From the NCBI GenBank assembly GCA_002269645.1, contig NIVC01003657.1, positions 1 to 51,001 on the forward strand: a stretch of 51,001 bases of DNA. Direction: 5' to 3'. Made by a program: the position numbers and the translations under genes. The DNA is from Macrostomum lignano. Lineage: Eukaryota. The notes beneath the pieces were generated by a model. It searched no databases, had not been told where the DNA came from, and was given only the letters and a program-made list of their open reading frames with translations. Below are positions 32,912 through 44,600 of this stretch, one piece after another (position 1 is the first letter of the stretch; each line of letters starts with the position of its first letter).

Positions 32912-33104
32912 TGTGATGCTCAGATGGCAACTCTAGTGCTTGATGAATAACGAAGCTCATATCTTGCTTTGCTTGTTCATTTGGCTTTAGGACCACATTA
33001 ATGATAGCGGGGCTTGTAACAAGATTATGAAGCTAGGACACTTATATTTTAGGAAGGGATGAGGGAGGCGCAGCGGCCATAGACTATTGCACGAGCGTAT
33101 GTCA
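32912..33104 (-). repeat. 3' LTR (193 bp)
   Basis: Direct repeat of 35663-35872 with two small deletions and a few substitutions. Confidence 0.95.
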
Positions 33105-33253
33105 TGTCTCCCTCCAGAAGGAAAGAGTTGAACTATGTCTCCGAACAATGTAAACTTTATGTTAGGAACTCAACAGATAACTATTTCAAATTCAGCGTGT
33201 CAGATTTCATTTTGGTTACTCGTAATGTGTAGCTAATGCGGTTTTTTTAGCAG

Positions 33254-34349
33254 TCATGAGGAGTAGCGGTCTGGTTGGCGACGCATCCGGGTGCTACGGC
33301 GAATTCCACCTGCTTCTTGTTCTTGCGCGCCTTGGGTCGAATTGTCGCTGGCGTTCCCTGCCTCCGTGTCTGCGGGATCTCCTGCTGTTGATTCTTCATC
33401 GTCGTGTGGCAGTGGAGCAAGTTGATTGTCGCTTGCCAAACGCAGTTCGCTCCCGTCCAACACGAAGGCCGTGTTGCGGCCTCGGTTCATCACGTATTCG
33501 ACAGTGGAGGGTGGAACATCCGAAGTTGGCTGATACAGAACCCGCTCGCCTTGGTTGAACGTAGAGACTACAGGAGCGCGTAGTTGGCGTCCGAAAACAA
33601 TCTCACCTACACGTGGATGAGTTTCGGTGATGAAACAGCAATCGCTGTAGATAGGGAACAAATTCAGCGTGGGAGGTTCGTTCGTTCCAGGCCTGCAGAG
33701 CTCGTTTGACTGTCTGGACTGCTCGCTCAGCCGATCCATTTGCCTGGGGATAATAAGTTGGGGATTCCATCTTCTTTATGCCATTTTGGTGCAGCCAGCG
33801 CCTCAGTGAATCGCTGACGAACTCCGGAGCATTGTCCGAAATTAAAAGTTCAGGCACGCCAAAGCGTGTGAAAACAGTTCTGAGGCATTTAATGATCTGA
33901 TCTGTGGATCGATCTTTACAGGGAAAGGCCTCGATCCAACCAGAGTGAGAGTCGACTGCTATCAGGATGTTTCCAACATTCTTTACGTACGCCCAGTCAA
34001 TGTGAAGCTTTTGAAACGGGTATTCAGTCGATGGCCAGGTGTCTCTGGTCTTCCCCAATCTGGGCCGCAGCCTGTTGCATACATCACACTGGCTGAAAAA
34101 TCGCTCGATGTCAGCGCGCATTCCAGGCCACCAGCAGGACAAGCTCATGAAATTGAGTGTCGCCAGAGACCCCGAGTGAGTGTCATGCGCTGCACGAAAA
34201 GCTTCTTTCCGCAGTCTTGGCGGAATGTAGACCTGGCGACCCTTGAACAGTAAGCCGTCCTCGATAGTTAGGCATTGCGATACGGCCTGGAATGGTTTCT
34301 CAGCCTGAGAACAGCCAGCCCAGTTTCCCGAGCGAATTCGGTGCTTCAC
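33254..34349 (-). pseudogene. Gypsy integrase, frameshifted near 33600-33740
   Basis: HHCC finger (AHDTH...WWPGM...CDVC); core PFQKLHIDWAY, VDSHSGW, FGVPELLISDNAPEF, YPQANGSAERAVQT; C-terminus ending RRSTRMRRQPDRY. Confidence 0.92.
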
Positions 34350-34436
34350 TTTTTTATGAGCTCATCCAACTCTAGCTCTGCGGCAACCCGGTTTCTGGGA
34401 ATGACAGACGGCTCGAAGGCAACGCAATCAATGGAA

Positions 34437-35270
34437 CCCTAAGGATGTGCGCTGACTACAGCGTTCACGTCACGCAAAGATCAAGTCAGAGGACTATCCC
34501 ATCCCTAGCGTGTAGCACCTATTTTCCAAACTAAAAAACGCCAAGAAGTTCGCCAAAGTAGACCTGAGGTCGGCCTATTGGCAGATCGAATTGGACGAGG
34601 CTGCTCAGGATCTCTCAATAATTAACACATCCAAAGGATTATTTCGCGTGAAAAGACTTCAGATGGAGATGAAGAATGCATATTTTATTTTTCAGCGCAC
34701 GATGGAAAGTATTCTGTCAGACTTAAAGGGCGTTCTCATCTACCAAGACGACGTATTAGTTTTCGCCGAAAACAGTGATTCACTACAGAAAAGACTTCGT
34801 GCTGTGAAGTCTAGGCTGGCAGAAAAGCATGTCACCATCAACGAAATCAAATGCATCGAGGCGACTGATGAAATATCATTTCTGGGATTTAAAATTTCTG
34901 CTGCTGGCATCCAACCTGATGATCGATTGGTTGAGAAAATCCGCAGCATCGCACAACCCAAAGACAAGAAGGAACAGGAACGATTCGTTGGTCTAATAAA
35001 CTTCTTTGGAAGGCTAGTACCCAACTTCTCTGGAAAGATTCAGCCGCTAAATCGACTGCGCAGAGCGGACGCCAACTTTCAGTGGACAGCTGAGTGTGAC
35101 CGAGCCCTCAGACAACTCAAGACGGAGATTGCCTCTCAACCCATAGTCCAGCCATACTCATTAGAAAAGGAACTCACTCTTACCACAGTTGCCTCCAAGG
35201 GAGCGCTTGCAGGAGTGGTCACGCAAGATGGCCATCCTGTGATCTATATTTCTCATCTATATGACTCATC
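34437..35270 (+). pseudogene. Gypsy reverse transcriptase and start of RNase H, inverted relative to the element
   Basis: LRMCADY, YPIP, FAKVDLRSAYWQI, FQRTM, YQDD, FLGF, LTLTTVASKGALAGV. Contains a premature stop and a frameshift. Confidence 0.92.
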
Positions 35271-35407
35271 TAACGATTCGGCGGAAGTCTGCGAAGCCAT
35301 TGATTGCGTTGCCTTCGAGCCGTCTGTCATTCCCAGGAACTGGGTTGCCGCAGAGCTAGAGTTGGATGAGCTCATAAAAAAGTGATGCACCGAATTCGCT
35401 CGGGAAT

Positions 35408-35662
35408 GGTGATGCGCGTCTTTGGTTGAAGGTAACTTTGAATGGCGGCCTCGATTGCAGAAAACTCCAATTCGTCGATCTTCTTTGGGGCCACCAGAGA
35501 TGTTAGCTTTTCAAGTGCTGGCAGAAAGTTATCCGCAATTTCTCTGTTGGTGCCTTCATCTTTCCATTTCTTGGCTCGAGCGAGCGCACGGAATGCTGTT
35601 AGCCACGTCAGGGCACGCTCAGGTTCTGAAAGTTCGATGCGTCCAAGTGCTTGCGACGCCAT
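35408..35662 (-). pseudogene. N-terminal stub of gag
   Basis: ATG overlaps the PBS-like TGG right after the 5' LTR. MASQALGRIEL...LTWL..F...LVAPKKIDELEFSAI...YLQPK, then breaks at the inversion junction. Confidence 0.75.
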
Positions 35663-35872
35663 TGTGATGCTCAGATGGCAACTCTAGTGCTTGACGATGA
35701 CGAATAACGAAGCTCGTATCTTGCTTTGCTTGTTTATTTGGCTTTAGGACCACATTAATGATAGCGGGGCTTGTAACAAGATTATGAAGCTAGGACACTT
35801 ATATATTAGGAAGGGATAAGGGAGGCGGCATTTTGGCGCAGCGGCCATAGACTATTGCACGAGCGTATGTCA
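35663..35872 (-). repeat. 5' LTR (210 bp)
   Basis: Direct repeat of 32912-33104, followed by TSD ATTAA. Confidence 0.95.
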
Positions 35873-36200
35873 ATTAATTTGAACTTCGAATAGCTCGAAT
35901 ATCCCCCTCATGTTTTTCTAAGCTCATTAGCAGCCGAATCATCACCTCAGGAGACACCCAGGAGCAACAGCCGAGTGTTCTGGCTAAAGTGCAACACTGC
36001 AACCGCGCCCTTCCAGTCTCCCGTAAACAAAACCCAAAGGCCGAACCGGGAGTTGGGTCATTAAAGGCCGCCGTACACTGCTACAGCTACAGGCTCGAAG
36101 TCCAAAGTTCCCAGCCAGTGGAAAGCAGCGCAGCCTGCTGAAGACGCCTGAACCACTTTTTATCAATCCGGGTGCACTTCGAGAAGGTCACGAGCTTCAA

Positions 36201-36754
36201 CAACAACAGCAACAACATATATTGCCACAGCTCATGCCGAAACACAAACTACGGACACACCGCCAACTAACAACCCCTATAACCTTAGACCCCGCTAAAT
36301 TACTAACACCCGTGTGGTATACAACAACAACAATAACAAAATACGCAGTTAGCGTCATAGGGCGCGCCATAAGGCCAGGTCACGAATGAACGCCACGCCG
36401 CCGGCCGAATCCGCGGGGCGCCGGCGTCAGCCAGCAGGCAGTCGACGAAACGCCAGTAGGGTGCCTGCAGCGTTAGCAGCAGCACCTCCTGCACCGGCTC
36501 TGGGCAGTACGACTCGGTGCGGATGATGTGGCCTGCCAGCTGGAGTCGCCGACGGCGCAACAGGTCGTTTGGACGGACCAGGCCGGTGCGGCGATACAAA
36601 GCCGCGTTGGTCACTCGCTCGTAGCCGATCTTGAAGGCGGCGCGCAGCAGGCCAGCGTGCGCTGCGTCAACTTGTTGCTCGAGCGACTCCGTCAGCGTCC
36701 ACGTCTCTGCGTTGTACAGCAGGACGGTCTCGATCACGCCGCCCTCTGGCGGTC
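36201..36754 (-). mobile_element. 5'-truncated non-LTR retrotransposon (RTE-like C-terminus) with 16-bp TSD
   Basis: ORF 36303-36737 ETVLLYNAETWTL...RRRRLQLAGHIIR; (TTG)n-like tail; AGGTCACGAGCTTCAA at 36185-36200 and 36755-36770. Confidence 0.9.
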
Positions 36755-38342
36755 AGGTCACGAGCTTCAATACTACATCAGAATCAGCCTACAGTAGGCC
36801 AGTCTCTTAGACGACAATTAACACCTGTAGTGTAAATGAAGGCATTCAGGCAATCTACTCAACTAATGTATTGACAGTTTAGGGTTGAGATATTTCGTTT
36901 AAGAGTTAGTCTCTGCACTCTTAATGCAAGTTTCCTTGCAAAACCGAATGCACAGGTTCGTACACAAGAGTTGCCAGAAGTTTGAAAGTAAGCAATGTCG
37001 AGATGAACTCGGTTGTTCACTATACCGAGATAGGTGGTTTTCCCACAAATTCCCTTCACATTCTTTTCTTGCTACTTTTCAGTAGCCAATCGCTTATACA
37101 TGTAGACCCGTAGCAGATAGCGCAAGATGCTTCTTACTGCAATAAAATTTAAAAGACTCTTTCAACTGTTGAAAGCCTGGGCGTCTAATGCATCAAAAAA
37201 GCGACTTGAAGAGTCGTTTGCCATATGCTGCCTCTCTCGGCAGTAAACTGAAGTTCTACAAAAACCGCTCGATATAGAATGAGACGTTCGCTGATTTCTA
37301 GTGGACAAATTTTTGTTCTTACGAGTACACTACTTAATCCTTATACGGTATTCATTAAGCAATACAGCTGTAAAGTGTGCATATCTCCACAAAACCAACC
37401 CTCAGGTCACCAAAGTTCTGCCTGTAGCTAAAGCTGTTTTTAGATATTTAGCTGCCTACGTTCATTGTCTTATACACGCATTTTATTTAGCAGAAAGCGC
37501 AGTCTAAATGAATTGACCAGTGTTTAGATCTGACAGAACATTATTGCTTATCAAACCGAAGCACTTTTATGATTAAACAGAACTCAGATATCAGTGGATG
37601 AAAGGATCGTACGAGTATAAAACTTCAACACCGAGATTTGAGATTGGTATCTATGCTTTAACAGTTTCAGTCATAGACAAATAGTCGCTGGGGTCAGTAG
37701 ATGTCGAAAACGGCTTTAAGTTTCTGCCCCATATGGCACTCTACATGCACATGTAATACTAAGCAATTTTAATACTTTTAGATTATGCAAAACAAAAATA
37801 ACCAGCTCAGAGAAGCAGTCGTATGCCTCACATTCCTCGATGTTCGTAGCTTGTCTTCTTTCCGTGTAAAGTTAAAATTTAAGTGAAGAAGTGTATATTG
37901 GCTTAGCGTTCTGTACTTCAATTTGCCATAGACATTTCAAACTGTAGAGTTCCAGCTAAATGAATTGACGAGTTCGCAAGTTTTTAGATCAGACAGAACT
38001 TTATTACTTATCGAACTTGCTGCCCTGGCCATAGACAGTCTATTATCAAACCTTGGGATCTAACGCGGTTTTTACATTTTTATATGCAAACAAACAAGCC
38101 ACGGGCTTAACTGGAAGATTTATAATTTCTAGACAATTTGAATACGCCACTGAAAATACAGCATGGATGCAGTTGCACTCAATAGCACTGCCTCTATTCA
38201 ACGCTTAAGTCCACAGCAAGATGGGTAAGTCAGTTGTAACCAATATGCTAAATAAACTGCCTGTCGGTAAGCATGTGATTGATTTCAGAAAAAAACGGCT
38301 CAACCGATTTTCTTGTAACTTGTCCGATATATCAATTTTTAT

Positions 38343-38550
38343 CCTTGAGCAAGACACTTAACTCTGCATTGCTTCAGTTCACCCAGCTGTAAAATGGGTG
38401 CCAGCATTAGCTGGGGCATTAAGGGTGTGTGTGGCGACCCCTCCTCCCCCCGGGTCCTTGGATTGAACGCCGTACGCAGCCTGCAGATGCGCCGCGCAAT
38501 AGCTGCGGCTGAGCTTTCGGTTGCACATCTGCCCATTAGGGCATGTGTAC
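38343..38550 (+). mobile_element. SINE fragment with a CORE-like central domain, tRNA head missing
   Basis: CCTTGAGCAAGACACTTAAC...CTTCAGTTCACCCAGCTGTAAAATGGGT (38343-38399) resembles the CORE/V-type SINE consensus as I recall it. The 3' extent is uncertain. Confidence 0.6.
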
Positions 38551-38900
38551 TCAATTAAAATTCATTGTTAATTTTACCAATATAAATATACTAAAAATGG
38601 ATATCAATCTAACAAAGATGAAGTGGCTTGAGCCAAAACTGGTGCCACAGCAGTCTGTGAACTTGTACTCGTATTGTAGAAAATTCGTTTGGCTAATGAC
38701 CAATTTAATAGTCATGAAATGGACAATTTAGAGAAAGTATTCAACTATCTTTCCCGCTTTTATACCAAAGGCAAAGCTGCGTCAATGGAGAATTCAGCCA
38801 GAAATGGAGTCTGGAGCCGAGCCTGCGTGACTCAGCCAGCTCTGAGGCAGTGCGAAGCTCTGGTGAAGTCGGGAATCAATACCAGGAACAGGCCTGCTGC

Positions 38901-40135
38901 ATGATCTCCGGACCGTTGAAGGTTCGACTGAAGCGGCAGAAGCAGCCGACAGAGGCGGTTTCCACAAAGCAAGCATCGGCTAAGGCTCCAGATGTGACGT
39001 CTTTGACACCAGCTCGAAACAAAGACGATCCGAAAGCCGCAGAATCCATGGTGGACAACTCGTCGCAGACTGAACCTAACAAAGCTGCTGATGAGGAGCA
39101 AGATACTGTCTTCGACTCTGTGAGGCACCTGTTTTAGTTAATAAAATTGACATCGACATTAAAATTTTGCAGAGATTTAACATGCGCTCATTTAAAGAAA
39201 ACAACGGGGGGCACCGGGGGGACACAGAGGGACACAGGGGGGCACAGGGGAAGACAGGGGACACAAGGGGATACAAGGGGATACAAGGGGACACAGGGGG
39301 AGACAGGTGACTCAAGTGGACACAAGGGGATACAGCGGGCACACGCTGAACACGCTCAAATTAGACATTATGGGCACTCCTAGAACGGAGATGAACTGAT
39401 CCGCACAATCTACAGGCCGATGCAGCTCCGCGGGGCAGCAAAGCCGCTCTGAACGGCATCGTCTGGCTGGAGACTCCGGGCAGCCTGCTGGTTCTCCGCG
39501 ACGTCATCTGGCGGGGCCGTCGTTACGTCGGCGCTCTTTTGCCGGAAGAGGCGGCGCCGGTGCCTACGGCGCACAGCAAGACCGCTCGCCGCCGAAGTGG
39601 CAGACGACGCCGCCGTCAGCGCCGTCTTCAAGATCGCCAACAACGGCGGGAGTGCCAGCCTCTGGCATGCAGTCAGACACCTTTGCTACCGGAAATGGTT
39701 TCGAAGGTGCCGCTGCTCACCGAACAGTCCTGCGATGGCTCTGTTGTATATCGCATTTCCTTGAAGCGCCCGCAAAGTCAGGAAAGTTGCAGCAAAACTT
39801 CTGACCAAATCAAGATGGAAGACGGGTCCAAACAATTGAAGCTGGAAGAGAGCAGCATAGATGAGGCTAAATCGGAGCAGGTAAATCCAAAAGACGGCGC
39901 AGGCTATACGGCCGACTGCAACGAAGAAGACAAAGCAGACAACAGCAAGTCTACCTGCGCATACAGCGACATCAGCGATGACGACGAAACCGCAGTTCCT
40001 GCCGCCCTGCCGCCGGGCGCCCCAGGAACGGCACTCTCGCCTTTCTTCACTATGGAATTCCACCCGAGCGTGCTAGCGGCCTATGCGCGGTGCCTACTGG
40101 AACAGCAGCAACGGCTGATAGGAATGCTGCAATAA
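38901..40135 (+). CDS. sbb: Brakeless/scribbler/ZNF608-609-like nuclear protein, compact (~312 aa, 2 exons)
   Basis: Exons 38901-39119 and 39416-40135 (phase 0, GTGAGG...CTACAG). Motifs PLKVRLKR, LNGIVWLETPGSLLVLRDVIWRGRRYVGALL (D2-like), a basic NLS and AYSDISDDD. An extra upstream exon cannot be excluded. Confidence 0.75.
39205..39340. repeat. Degenerate ~10-11 bp GGGGACACAGG repeats in the intron of the brakeless-like gene
   Basis: Direct reading. Confidence 0.75.
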
Positions 40136-41644
40136 GGTTGAAAAGAAACACTATAGCTAGATGGGCTGTTTAATTTTAAGCGTTGGAAGGTTTTCACCTC
40201 AGTTATTTGTTACACCTTAATAAACCTTGCGTTATTTGCTAGTCTATAGTGCTAGTACGTTCGTAGTGTTTGTTTTGATTCTTAAATAGAACTAATTTGT
40301 TGATGCCAGCGTCTCTAAAAATTCGGATTTTGCTACTTACAGCATGATATAGCGCTTCTTTATTGAAACGAGGGGAAATTCACGAATATATCACTTGTAT
40401 CAGTAATTAGTCAATTTCATATCACAACTGAACTGCTAAATATTATAAATATTGATGTCAACTTTGCGGTTCGAATAGTATTATTAGCAACTATTGTTGT
40501 ATTATAGCACAAGCCGCAAAAACAGCTGCTCAATATAATCTATCGTACTTCTTCGATTTACAGAATAAGCAGAGAAGAATATCAGAAGACGAGTCTGTTT
40601 CGTTATGTTCATTGACTGAATTTCTGCTCACTCAATTTTTATTAAGATTTGGCCTCTTGTGAGAGGTTTTAAAGAATAGAGACCAAAGTGTGCAGGTTCT
40701 GCAAATGATCTCCATGATCCGATAAAATTTAAAGACTTGAATACCGGACACACCAGAGTATAAGGTGTCTCCATTGTACAGGACAAAAATCTGAACAATC
40801 TGTCGAAAAAGTTGCCTTCTACGTGCAAGGGATTCATTGATACATACATTTTAATAATCGGCTTTTAACTCGTACTTTCGCACTATTTGCAAGTGTTGCG
40901 CCCTTCTAGTCCAGTAGTCCTTGGAAAAGACCGCTCAAAATGTGCCTCTAGTCAGAAAGGCATTTTCGCCTGTCTGCCCTGAGCTGAAAGCTACAAGCGT
41001 AACTGTCTGCAACCCAAGGGCCGCATGAGCTCAGCAGTGAATTCGACAGAAGGGAAGGTTACTGTTGGAATTTGTGAAACTTGAGAGTTGGTTTCAGGGT
41101 CTCATTCGCTCTCTCTCACAAAGTAGCTATCAGCTTTACCCAGATAGTCCCGGTCTTCGATCCAAGCACACTTATTGATCGAAATTCAGAAGAGAGATTC
41201 TCTTCTTTTAAGCAGCGCTTCTTGGCGGCGAGCTTCTCAGCGAATCTTAGAATTAAAGACTATAGACATTTCACCCAAGATGGATTAATAAAATTATATG
41301 GTATAGGTTTTTGAATTTTGGAAAAGCCAGATAGATAGTCTTCATGCAAAACAGTTGACTACCAAAAAAGGACCAGAGTTCGCTGGTTTAATCTCTGATT
41401 GGCTCGCGGATAGAACGCCAGATTAATAAGCCAAGACGCGTTTAGGAGTCTGCTGCTAAAATCCCCACGCAGCAGACAGAAGACCTACCAACCATGTATC
41501 AGATAGCTTCAGCAAAACCAGGCAAGCCGACATTGCTTCTAAACTGGTAAACGCTTTCAAAGTAGATTCGACCCACACAACGAGGACTAAACCATTTGCC
41601 TGGCTGCTACAAGCAACAAAGAACCAAAGAAATATTGCGACAAC

Positions 41645-44600
41645 ATGAAGCTGAGGGAGCTGTGGACGCTGCTTTTTGTGCTGCAGTTGCTGCCACAAGC
41701 GCTAACGCAGACTGTGCACGAGTCCAACTCCACCGACTTGCTGTTTGCCAAAATCTTCGACATTCGCTACTCCATGGTCAATCCGCCCAGAGTGAATGGG
41801 ACATTCAATGTCACATTTGACATGGCCATAGCCCAGCTGCTGGAGCTCGTGAGTTCACCGCATCTTATTTCATAATTACAAGCAATAACCTACCTTGCAA
41901 CCAACAACAGGTTAAAGTTACCAATGAAATACGAGTATAATTAGTTGGATTAGTCAGATTAGTCAGACTACTCAAGTAGAATGACGGGAAAACACGATTC
42001 TTGAGAATATTTAGGTGGCAGATTTGACCGAAAAAATACATTACAGCGATAGGAGGTTTTCATTTTTTTCAGCACAGAAATTGTTATTGCTTTTGATTGG
42101 AGGCTCAGTACTCAAGTAGTCCTTGCATCCTTTATATAGACTACTAGCAAAGTTTCAGATAAATTTAAACTAATTCTAGCGTTTCTAAACATACACTTTC
42201 ATTCTTTTATTCTTACCTTATTGAACAAATAATTTCAGAATGAAATCAAGCAAACCATCTCAATGCTTACGTGGAGAAGAATGGTAAATAGATGAACTGA
42301 TTACAGATGCTTGTTCATTTTCTAAAATGCAACTGACAAGTAAATACAATAGAAAGCTCTTGAATTTTTCAGACCTGGTACGACACCAGACTGTCCTGGC
42401 GAAATCGAGTCTTCAACGGCAACCTGAGCTTCAACTCTGTCCAGTCAATCAAAATTCCAAATAGTCAGATCTGGAAGCCGGATTTGGTCGTGTACAATGA
42501 GTACGCTGGTTGATTGCCCTTTTCATTGCTTACTTAATCATTATTACTCTTAGAACCTGGTTCTGATATAATCGTCTATCGTCTAGCATTCCATCAGTCA
42601 TATCGACTGTCGAGTAAGAACTGATTTTTTCGCTACTGAGGGCCCAGGATTTCAAGTTTCAAACGATTGTTAAGGTCCAGAGCTTAGCGATAGACGAAAT
42701 CGGGATTCGTCACTTATCAATTGTATTTCTGGGTTGACTCTAAACCTGAAGTTTTATGTATCTATGCATCATACTTGACTCTGTAAGTGGAAAAACGCGT
42801 CACCAATCAACCCGACCTCTGCAGCGTTCGAGAAACAGAGCTCGACTGGTCCTTCTACTACGCCACAGTTCGGTCCGACGGCTTTGTTCGACTAAACACG
42901 CCGCAGCTGATGAAGATGTCCTGCGCCATCAATGTCGAATACTTTCCGTACGATAAGCAGTCGTGCAGGATGAAGATTGGCAGCTGGACAATGGACGGCA
43001 TCGAGCTGAACTTGCTGAACATCAGCTCCCATGCGGATCTGTCATCGTTGGAGGAAGACAATGAGTACTGCGTGATCGGGGCGCCTCTGAAGCGAAACGA
43101 GATCAAATACGCGTGCTGTAGTGCACCCTACCCCGACATTACGTACAGAATTTTGCTGCAGGTAACTGATTACGCTAATAATAGATGCTGCTTGCCAACT
43201 GACAGCTATGGGTTGGGGCTTTTGAATATATATTGGTATTCCGATGGTGTTCCGATGGTGTACCGATGGTGTAACGATGGTGTGCCTATAGTGTTCCGAT
43301 GGTGTACCGATGGTGTACCGATGGTGTACCGATGGTGTACCGATGGTGTACCGATGGTGTTCCGATGGTATTCCGATGGTATTCCGATGGTGTTCCGATG
43401 GTGTACCGATGGTGTACCGATGGTGTGCCCATAGTGTTCCGATGGTGTGCCCATAGTGTTCCGATGGTGTACCGATGGTGTACCGATGGTGTGCCCATAG
43501 TGTTCCGATGGTGTAACGATGGTGTACCGATGGTGTGCCCATAGTGTTCCGATGGTGTACTGATAGTGTTCCGATGGTGTACCGATGGTGTACCGATGGT
43601 GTACCGATGGTGTACCGATGGTGTACCGATGAAATACTGATGGTGTACCGATGGTGTACCGCCAGGACCAAATTTTGCACATGACTGGACAGATTCATTG
43701 TGCCTTTGCCCTGGTTGGGAATGACAAAGCAGCACCAGGTTAAATAGCTCGTAGTAACTCATTCAAAGCATTGATCGTAAGCATACTTACGCAGATCATG
43801 CTCAACGTACTCTAAACAAATAGTTTCAGTCTAAACACTTCCATAGCGCATCATTCATGAATTAAGGTCATACTCATTCTAACTCTACTTTGTCCATCCT
43901 TCCCTGCTCTCCTGACAACGGGGTCCGGTTTACATGGTAATCAATTTATTCTACATGACGGAAAAGTTGGTTTTCCTGGATCGCGTGTGTCAGGCTGCAC
44001 TCCGAGAACAGTCACTTAACTAGAATTCGCCGCGCAGCTGTGGTTGCATAGGAATGGAATTGAGCCAGAGAGAAGCACTAGGGGAGCGGATGAATGGCAG
44101 ACGGACGAACTTCCTGCTCACGGCTCTCCCTTAGCAACACTGATCCATAATTTCCCGAGCACTCTGTTACCATGGCTGCCTATTGGCACTTGAGTTTGAC
44201 CCGGAAGGATATAAACGATAGCCGCGAATAAAAGCTGTGCCGGCATTGAGGTTTGCTGCTACGCCCGCAAGCTGAAACAATTGCAAGCTGGCCGATTTAT
44301 TTGGCTGCACAGAGGATATGCCTAGCAGTCCGGGAAAGACCAAAGTCGTTTGATTTCTATTCTGCAGGCTTTCCGTCAACCAAGGGGCAGGCCAATTTAC
44401 TGGGGGGACTTAATTAACGCTCAAAGCAAGGAGAAACCAAGAATGACAGTGAATAGAAGTGGAAGCTGGAGGAGAACAAATGTCTTGGTTAAAATATGTT
44501 CTTGAAGATGTAGCATACTGAGAAGCCGAAAGAGCTGGAAGATAAAGGCTGTTCTATAAAAGCGCCCAAGCAATTGTAGGCTGGTAATACATAATTAATT

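Larger units (their letters stand above)
32912..35872 (-). mobile_element. Internally deleted and rearranged Ty3/Gypsy (Mag-like) LTR retrotransposon
   Basis: Two TG...CA LTRs, 5-bp TSD ATTAA (32907-32911 and 35873-35877), PBS-like TGGCGTCGC next to the right LTR, purine tract next to the left LTR, and gag, RT/RNase H and integrase remnants. Confidence 0.95.

Noticed and set aside
35650-35662. Assigning a specific primer tRNA to the PBS-like TGGCGTCGCAAG
   Set aside because: Only the first few bases match tRNA 3' ends I can recall; it needs the host tRNA set.
37504-38016. ~55-bp imperfect direct repeat (CTAAATGAATTGAC...TTTAGATC.GACAGAAC) at 37504 and 37956
   Set aside because: Short and diverged, with no element boundaries or coding signal; probably an old local duplication.
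5081-43661. Regular short-period arrays as CRISPR arrays
   Set aside because: All are head-to-tail repeats without unique spacers, there are no cas-like ORFs, and the context is eukaryotic.
43042-43762. His/Thr-rich ORFs such as (HHRYTIGTPSV)n
   Set aside because: Translations of an 11-bp intronic minisatellite that is open in several frames.
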